A DNA stretch of 20,000 nt from Paramecium tetraurelia (taxonomy: Eukaryota). Both the position numbers and the translations under genes were made by a program. The stretch covers positions 489,592 through 509,591 of the forward strand of contig CT867986.1 of NCBI GenBank assembly GCA_000165425.1. Reading direction: 5' to 3'. The notes under the pieces are model-generated. The model ran no database searches and was not told the origin of the DNA. It was given only the letters and a program-made list of their open reading frames with translations. Below are positions 12,874 through 20,000 of this stretch, piece after piece (within the stretch, counting starts at the first letter, position 1; every line of letters starts with the position of its first letter).

Positions 12874-14425
12874 ATGTCTAAGCTTAAACTACAAGTAAAA
12901 GCATCTAATCATTCTAGTTTTGCTCTGGTCCATCATTGCAGAGTTCTATTGCCAACAATCAAAAACAATTTTAGGGAAATTAACAGGACCCTATATCGGC
13001 ATTGTAATAGGAAAACTTGATCAATATGGGGAACACCGATCAAAAGCGAAGAAATAATTGCGCTGGAGATCGCTTTATTCCAACTATCAAGAAGAAATTC
13101 AGTATACTCACTGAAACTAAGGCACCAGCTCAAGACATTGCTTCCTCGTAAGCTGCCTTAGAAATGCTCTATAAATAATAAATCTTAGATTAAGAGCCTA
13201 TTATGGAATCCGAGAACGGTTCGCTTAAGTTTATTAATCAAAACAACTTTCAATACAAGAATGAACATGTACATTATATTGATTCTATTGATCCAAAAAA
13301 TTATAATAGGTATCTATACTTCAATAATCTAGTCCCCTTGTTGATCATAAATACTTTGCCTTGCCAGAAACGATATCAAGTTATTATGGAAAATATATAA
13401 GAAAAATCCCCAAAGTGCCATTTAAAGTGTTAGATGCTCCTTAATTATAAGATGATTTCTATTTAAACCTAATAGACTGGAGCAATTATGTTCCTAATAT
13501 GCTGTAGCTCTCAACAATTGCGTTTATTTATGGTATCTATTAAATCTACATTAGGAATGCTTAATCTTAAAAGGTTACTAAATTACTTGATCTTTTGTAA
13601 TGATGTAGTGACGAGTGTTGGATGGTCATTAAGAGGGCCTTTGTTAGGAGTTGGAACTAACAATGGGAGAAGTATAACTATGGGATGCTTGTAAGTTACA
13701 AAAAGTGAGAACTTATAAAAGTCATGCTGCCAGAGTTGGAACACTATGCTTTGCTGAAAGCACTTTAAGCAGTGGTTCAAGAGATAAATCGATTATTTAA
13801 AGAGATCTAAGATAAAAAGAAGACTCCTATTTCAAATCTATTGCCCATAAGTAAGAGGTTTGTGGATTAAAATGGTCTCCTGATAGCTAATTATTAGCTT
13901 CAGGAGGGAATGATAATAAATTGTACATCTGGAGTGCAGCTTAATATGATAAACCAATATTCAAATTTAATGAACATCAAGCAGCTGTTAAAGCTATAGC
14001 TTGGAGTCCACATTAACATGGGTTATTAGCAAGTGGTGGTGGAACTGCAGATAAAACTATTAGATTTTGGAATGCTTTGGAAGGCAAAATGTTATCGAAA
14101 GAAGATACTGGAAGTTAAGTCTGTAACTTAATGTTCAGCAAAATGGAAAATGAATTGATTTCAACACATGGCTATAGTCAACATTAGATTATACTCTGGA
14201 AATGCAATGGTATGAAAAGAATTGCAACTTTAATTGGTCATACTAGTCGGTATATATTTATCACAATTAAGTGTGTTATATTTGGCAATGTCCCCTGATG
14301 GCTACACTATAGTGACCGGAGCTGGAGATGAAACTTTGAGGTTTTGGAGTGTCTATCCTTAATCGGTTGGTAATGAATAAAATAGTAAATGTCAATTGAC
14401 TCTCCAAAATATCAGTATACGTTGA
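12874..14425 (+). CDS. FZR1: Fizzy-related/Cdh1-type (Cdc20 family) WD40 APC/C co-activator, ~485 aa; 4 introns and 3 frame disruptions
   Basis: C-box DRFIP at 13068-13082. Other motifs: [105 protein letters not shown], and a C-terminal IR tail (ISIR-TGA 14423-14425). Introns: 12895-12917, 13310-13332, 13533-13554, 14250-14271. Frame disruptions at ~13490-13500, 13593-13596 and 13665-13667. The start codon and first intron are inferred. Confidence 0.9.
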
Positions 14426-14532
14426 AACAAAACTATTTTATACTAATTTTTGTTATTATTATCTTTTAAAATATTTTGATAGAAATTGAAGAGTCAATAG
14501 ATTTGGTTACTTTAATTTTATAGATATATATA

Positions 14533-15540
14533 TCATTAAAGCCATGGAATTTATAGTATTTGCTATGCTGATGGTCTATCATTTGCATTGATTTACAGCA
14601 TACTCTTCACCAGTTTGAAAAGCTCTACTTCGTATTTATTCCAATGTGCTTTTGCAAATGATATCTTAGTTGGTTGATTCTGGTTTTATGGCATCAAATT
14701 AGGTGAATAAGCCATGATCATTTGATGAATCACTATGCCAAAACACCAGATGTCCATTTTAGGATCTGCTTATGAACCTATAGCTAATTCAGGCGGTAGC
14801 ATTGGCTATCTTTTTTTGATGAACTCGTAATGAAAGGCATCTAGAATGTCCCCCTTTCTTTAGATATTCCCAAAATCTCCAAGTTTAACCTCTATTTAAT
14901 TATTTAGATACTGTTCTAATTAGATCCTCTAGTCCTCTTGTACAATGCAAAGTCTCTATTCTAATATCCATATGAACATAGTCTCAAATATTTAGACAAA
15001 TTACTTAAGTTATGCAAATAGCTGAGTCCTTCCGCTATATCTTATATGTAAGATCTTAATTTAATCATATTTGTTATAGGGCGTGCTTACTAAAAGTTTA
15101 AAATAACAATTGTACTTCTAGAATTGCTTTTTTGAAGTAGTTGGCCTCGTTTAAGAACTCCAATACGATTTTTTTCTCCTCGTAATTCTGCTCTTTAACC
15201 TAAATTATTGACTATGCTCGTACTTTAACAATATTGGGGTGATCTAAAGTTGGATGTATCTCAAATTATTTGATGACTTAGGCTCTCCAAGTTGGATCCT
15301 CCAAGGCTTCAATTTGGAGTTATTTTACAAACACCTATGTATTTTAAACAAATATTCTACTTTATTAAAATCCCAATCTAATGCAACTATGTTCTTGTTG
15401 AATTTCGAAGGTTCAAATTCCTCGAGTTAACTGTAACTCTTCTTAGGAGGCATCCAGTTCTCGTCATCTGAATCAATAATTTCACCAAAATTTTACGGAA
15501 GTTGGTGTTATTTCTTTAATGAATCATCTGAATCACTCAT
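14533..15540 (-). CDS. Divergent protein kinase-domain protein (possible pseudokinase), ~295 aa; 5 introns
   Basis: ATG at 15540 (MSDSDDSLKK). Motifs: VFVK, HPNIVK, IVLEFL, IAEGLSYLHN, VHMDIRIE, VKLGDFG (DFG 14877-14869), PPE, KMDIWCFG, LVKSMLQINANDRPSAQQILQIPWLQ-TGA (14535-14533). Introns: 15335-15360, 15200-15223, 15090-15115, 14983-15004, 14890-14911. Confidence 0.88.
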
Positions 15541-15586
15541 CACAATTTTTATAATATATTAAAAAATAAGTGCGAAAATTTTGAAT

Positions 15587-15856
15587 TCAAAACCCATCTG
15601 GTAACAAGTCAATCAGAGTCTTTATTCGAGTGTGAATTCTTAAATCCTTATCCTCTCTCCTTGTTAGAGATCCAATATTTTTTCCCTTTCTCTCAGATTT
15701 CAAAGCTTATTCACCTTCTTTCACTTTCTTTTCTAATAATTACACTATGAGAGCATCCTTCTTCTTTGCCTAGGATTTCAGTAAATGATTCTCATTCATC
15801 AAAGTTTTTAGAATTTAGGTTTAGAAAACTCTTTAAGAATCACTCCTAATAGCCAT
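15587..15856 (-). CDS. Small hypothetical basic/coiled-coil protein, 89 aa
   Basis: Intronless ATG(15856)-TGA(15589-15587) ORF under the ciliate code: MAIRSDSQRVFQTQILKTLMNENHLLKSQAKKKDALIVQLLEKKVKEGEQALKSERKGKNIGSLTRREDKDLRIHTRIKTLIDLLPDGF. It has a purine-rich coding strand, higher GC than its flanks, and AT-rich spacers on both sides. Confidence 0.6.
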
Positions 15857-16350
15857 TTCAAAAGATTAATAATTTGTGATTTTATAAAAATTAAAAATTA
15901 TCATTTTACGAGGAATCAAATCGAATATCTCATGAGTTTTATCTCATCATAATTATTAACAACTAGTTTCCCTCCATACTTTTAATGAATTCTAATTTTA
16001 TGTCATGAATTTATACTCTTATAAGTAATTGTTCACAATTGTTAATTCATTTTTTTTAAATAGAATGCACAATTGTTTTTATATTCTACTATTTTTATAG
16101 GTAAATGTTATTTTATAATTGTTTTCCTTTATAAAGCAAGAAAATTTATAATATCATTTCTCTATTCATTCTATTTATTTCTTCTAGAACTAAATAGCCC
16201 ACTTATATTTATTTAAACATTATTCATTTGAAAAATTTGATAATTATACAGGGATTTATGCAGACTACTAGTTTTAATCATTTTCTAGTTTAATAATAAA
16301 TAATTTGTATTAGGAAACTTTCTTAGCCCGCTATTATTAAATATTTTTTA
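15857..16350. promoter_or_regulatory. AT-rich divergent intergenic region (putative bidirectional promoter between the 89-aa ORF and NF-YA)
   Basis: A ~490-bp very AT-rich spacer between divergently oriented start codons, much longer than the 40-140 bp spacers elsewhere in the window. No specific motif identified. Confidence 0.3.
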
Positions 16351-16827
16351 ATGTTGTAAGAAAATTAAAGGGAAAATGAGAAAAAGCAGTATTCAATGTT
16401 TTACCCAGAAGATGAGAGATCAAAGAGTCATTTCTTAAATTAACAATACCTTACTAATTTCTTTGAATTTACTAATCATTACAAGGAACCTGATTTGCAA
16501 AATTAAGGAAAATAGGAAGAAAAAAACTAACATAAAATTCCCATTATTATTTAATATGAGCAAGAACCTAGATATGTTAACCAGAAATAGTAATCTAATT
16601 TATTAATTCCTAGATACAGACGAATCATGATCAGAAGAATCAAAAGAGCATAATAAGCATTAAAGCTAGAGGAGTTGAGGACAAAATAAGCAACAAAGGT
16701 TTTGGATAAATCCAATTAAAAGTACATATACGAATCAAGGCATTAACACGCACTAAAACGAGAAAGAGGACCAGATGGAAAATTTTTAAAAAAACAGAAC
16801 TCTGTTGATTCTCCATCCAAACTTTGA
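16351..16827 (+). CDS. NFYA: CCAAT-binding transcription factor subunit NF-YA/HAP2, ~150 aa; 1 intron
   Basis: After removing intron 16590-16613 the frame reads EPRYVNQKQYRRIMIRRIKRA (subunit-interaction helix A1) and KYIYESRHQHALKRERGPDGKFL (DNA-binding helix A2 and tail). TGA at 16825-16827. Start chosen at ATG 16351; in-frame ATGs also exist at 16258 and 16396. Confidence 0.88.
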
Positions 16828-17217
16828 GTTAATTCTTTGTATATTTGCTTTTTCTTTTTGTTAATATATGTAATAACCAAACAAAATGGCATCATTTGTC
16901 TAATAACAAATGCATGTTTATAAAATAATTGATTAAAGTAAAACTTAAAAAGTTTGTCATTGAATAAACCTTCTAATTTATATTCAAAATTCTAATATTA
17001 AAGAAAATTAAACTTCTATTTTATTTTTGCAGTAATTAATTTTGAAGATTAAATACTACATAACAAATATTTAAACATATCGATACATATTTCTAAAGAT
17101 AGTTTATAAATTTGTCTTCACTTAGTTACAATTCTTATAAAAATTAGAATAACTAAATTGAATGGAATCAGATAATATTGTAAATTTTTGTAGGTAAAGC
17201 TAATTCCTATTATTTAG

Positions 17218-17466
17218 ATGAACAAAATCTTTTATTAAAATATATTTAAAAGGGAAATATAATTAATAAGTGAACTCAAATATAATCGGAATCTGGATAA
17301 AAAGTCAAAGTAAATAAATCCTTTTATGGAAAGACAATCATCAAATATTGAATTTTAGAAGAGTAGAATAAATTAAGGTTCTGGTTAAGATCAGTAGAAT
17401 TTAAAATTTAATAATACTTATTTAATGAAATAAGGTATCTAATCGTTTATTATTTATTTAGATTGA
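17218..17466 (+). CDS. Possible small hypothetical gene or degenerate gene remnant
   Basis: ATG 17218 opens MNKIFYQNIFKREIQLISELKYNRNLDKKSKQINPFMERQSSNIEFQKSRINQGSGQDQQNLKFNNTYLMKQD to TGA 17464-17466. Intron-like segments lie at 17194-17217 and 17435-17461. The sequence is very AT-rich, and open frames arise easily when TGA is the only stop. Confidence 0.3.
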
Positions 17467-17540
17467 TATATATTTAATAGTTCACAAAAGATTGTATAAT
17501 ATATATATCATAAATTATATATCAAATAAGTTATCAAAAA

Positions 17541-19470
17541 TCATAGGGATATCTGGATTCCAAGTTTTTTAAGTTCATCTATCTTTTTTTTAGCCTTGAC
17601 AGCTGTAAAATTGTTTTGATTCAAATATATATTTTTTAACTGGGTTTGGTCATTTTATTTCAAAAGGGTTAAAATATTATCAAGACATTTTTCTGTCAAA
17701 TTATTTTGTTGGAGATGTAATGTATTAATTCTTTTATAATAACAATAATAATTTACTTGGTTTAAGTGATGTTCAATGCCAGCTTGTAAATTAGATCATC
17801 TGTTAATTTACATTTACTTAATTTCAATACCTTTACTGTTTGAGTTCCTTTTAAATAATCTCCCAATATTTATACAATTTGATCGTTAAAATCTCGATAA
17901 AATAATACTATTACCTATGGAACTTAAATCTATGATTTCACTTTTTTCTTAATGAATGATACTGAATGCATTCGATAGTTTATCGTTCATTTTTTGATTG
18001 TTTGTGAATTTCTTTTATTATTTTGAATTGCTATTGGAATTGTTATTGTTCATTTTGGATTGTTTTTAAACAAGAATTTATGAAACATCCAACAGTTCAT
18101 GATGTGATAATGTCATACTTCTTTCTTTTTATTTTATAGGTTAGTTTTGGCCAGATGCAAAGTTGATTGATTTTGTCATATCTTAAGATGGTGAAGTTGG
18201 TTGAGTTGGTTATTGTGATTAAGAAAATATACCTGAATATCTTTTTCCTTTTGATACATCCATTTAAAATGGTTTTTATTATTCTTATTGATTGAATGTT
18301 TCTTCTTACAGTAATCTATCTTCTAATAGAAAGTCAGATTGATCAATTTTTTTAATAGGGTCTTTCTCTTCTAGTATAGATTCTAGAGGTTGGATGAATT
18401 CTTATTTAAGAATTTCAGATTTAGTTTTGTTTAGTCCCATCATTTTAGCAATGTAATTCAAGATTACTTGAATAGGTACTTAAATATCATTTTAAGTGTA
18501 AGATTATTCAATCTTAATGTTGATTTGTTGTTTAATTTTATCAAATTGGGATATTAAAATCTCTCCTTATTTAACTATTTAATCATCAAATTTTCGACAT
18601 TTCTATTCTTCAGAATCTTCTAGTAACAGGCTTAACTAGATATTGGCCTAATTTAACCATTTATCAGCTTCAATCTATAAGGAAATGAATTCTGAGTCAA
18701 GTTTATTGGACTGGTGTTCAATAGAATTTTAATAATTAAGTTCGATTTTATGCAAAACTTATAATTTAATATCTCCAATTGATTTGATAAGGTCATCGAA
18801 TTATAATTCTATAAGAGATTTTAAACAATTTTATTATTAATTAAGTCCAAGAATCAGTAATTGTTTAAATTACTCTTAACTATTTCTTTCCGTTTGTATA
18901 TGATTGTAAACATTGGATATTTATTGAACTGCTGATTCTATTTATTTCAGATATTATTCGATGGGGAGATAATTATGAAATTTATGCGGACCAAATAATG
19001 CACAATTTACACATATATACTAACCATCTTCCTGACACACTAATTCTAGTTCCTTCTGATGCAATTTACAGAGACTAGACTTAGGCAGTGCTTCCATTGA
19101 TTAAGATTAAGAAAGACCTTTTTCACTTGAGAAATCGCTAATATCCTTGGTCTAATTGTGAGTCTATTGTAATTGTTCATCAGGAGTTTGAATGGTAGTT
19201 ATACATCTACCTGATGATCGACGTTTCTTGAGTAATGTAATTATGCTTTAATTATGGGGGAAACATTTGATATCTCTTTGGACATTGCATTAAATTCTTA
19301 AATAATCTAATAGATGTGTACCCGTCTTCTTTGCAAACCAAGGATTACTCTCCAGATGTATATTAATTGACACAAGACAAACAAATGGAATGACCACAGC
19401 TTGGCAAGACAAGAGGCGAATGATCAGTCTGATTGAACTCTATCGAACATTAACAACACTAAAATTCCAT
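17541..19470 (-). CDS. RING finger - B-box - coiled coil - C-terminal LRR protein (TRIM/RBCC-like putative E3 ubiquitin ligase), 618 aa; 3 introns
   Basis: ATG 19470. RING CCQC...LPSCGHSICLSC...CKED (19458-19324). B-box CKLHQKELELVCQEDGQYICVNCALFGPHKFH (19070-18975). Helical Q/E/L/I-rich segment ~18970-18300, then an S/Q/N-rich linker. LRR-like units IIDLSSIDF, VKVLKLSKCKLTD, INTLHLQQNNLTE, LKNIYLNQNNF. TGA 17543-17541. Introns 19297-19321, 17893-17914 and 17731-17756 give a spliced length of 1857 nt, in frame. Confidence 0.88.
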
Positions 19471-19510
19471 TAATATTTTATATTTTTTAATGTACTATGA
19501 TATAAAATTT

Positions 19511-20000
19511 TCATCTGTAACTCTTTTATCTTCTGGCTCTAGCACCCTTACCACCATACTTTCTTGGCTCACATCTTCTTGGATCAGCAACCAAAAGTGA
19601 TCTATCATATTATAACAATAGATCTTTGATTTCTCTCTTTTAAGTTTCATCAATGTATTTTTGATAGTAAGCAACGATGCCTTTGCTGATGGCCTAAGTA
19701 ATATTTAAGATTGCTAATTCTACCTATCTAATGGCATAAATTTAAGCAGTGCTTCCTCCACCTCTAACTGTGACTCTGATATCCAATCTGCCTGTTCTGA
19801 CTTAACCAAGAAGTAATAATGGTTCGAGAGCCTTTTATCTCAATGGGGCTGGATTGACTAATTCAATTGGAGCTCCATTCACTCTTACCAAACCTTATTT
19901 TATTGTATTAAAGTACCCTTTCCTTCTCTACCGCTTGCACTGGCGACGGCATTCTTCTTTCTTCCAAAGGTTTGAACCAATTTTGATTTTATTTGAGGAG
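19511..20000 (-). CDS. RPS16: 40S ribosomal protein S16 (uS9), 5'-truncated by window edge; 2 introns
   Basis: LVQTFGRKKNAVA...GKGLVRVNGAPIELVNP...[37 protein letters not shown]...[35 protein letters not shown] (19513-19511). Introns 19894-19916 and 19694-19723. Confidence 0.97.

Noticed and set aside
1375..13670. Frame breaks as retained IESs or a Euplotes-type programmed frameshift system
   Set aside because: The breaks are about one base, not TA-bounded insertions of 26 bp or more. They share no AAA-stop slippery motif and mostly lie in short homopolymers, so sequencing error is more parsimonious. They are kept only as items to verify.
827..13780. Minus-strand ORFs in the supplied track (827-1078, 3860-4069, 6597-6911, 7848-8126, 9579-9764, 12933-13133, 13583-13780)
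   Set aside because: They are antisense shadows of the dynein and Cdh1 coding sequences, called with the wrong genetic code.
16376..16630. Alternative + strand ORF from ATG 16376 (MRKSSIQCF...)
   Set aside because: It overlaps the NF-YA gene in a different frame; the conserved HAP2 motifs are in the 16351 frame.
12874..20000. Cdh1, kinase, NF-YA and RING E3 as a functional cell-cycle/ubiquitin gene cluster
   Set aside because: The genes have mixed orientations, are interspersed with RPS16 and dynein, and show no shared regulatory motif. Neighbouring ciliate genes are generally functionally unrelated.
1..20000. Telomeric repeats, transposons, tandem repeats, CRISPR arrays, tRNA/rRNA genes
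   Set aside because: None seen by eye; non-coding stretches are short and simply AT-rich. A covariance-model search of 15857-16350 and 16828-17540 would be needed to exclude small ncRNAs.

Overview
This is an AT-rich, gene-dense stretch of a ciliate macronuclear chromosome, most likely Paramecium. The genes read open only with the ciliate nuclear code (TAA/TAG = Gln, TGA = sole stop) and carry 22-30 nt GT..AG introns, so the supplied standard-code ORF track shows only fragments and antisense artefacts. In order the window holds: the 3' end of an unknown gene; a ~4,070-aa DNAH6-like inner-arm axonemal dynein heavy chain (367-12734); a Cdh1/Fizzy-related APC/C activator; a divergent protein kinase; an 89-aa hypothetical protein; an NF-YA/HAP2 subunit; a possible small or degenerate gene; a RING-B-box-coiled-coil-LRR protein; and most of RPS16. 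The dynein has four frame breaks and the Cdh1 gene three; these are most likely assembly errors, though pseudogenisation or recoding is not excluded. I found no mobile element, repeat array, CRISPR or RNA gene, and no convincing new multi-gene system. The best leads are the TRIM-like LRR protein, the possible pseudokinase, the GAG-acceptor 22-nt introns and the frameshifts.
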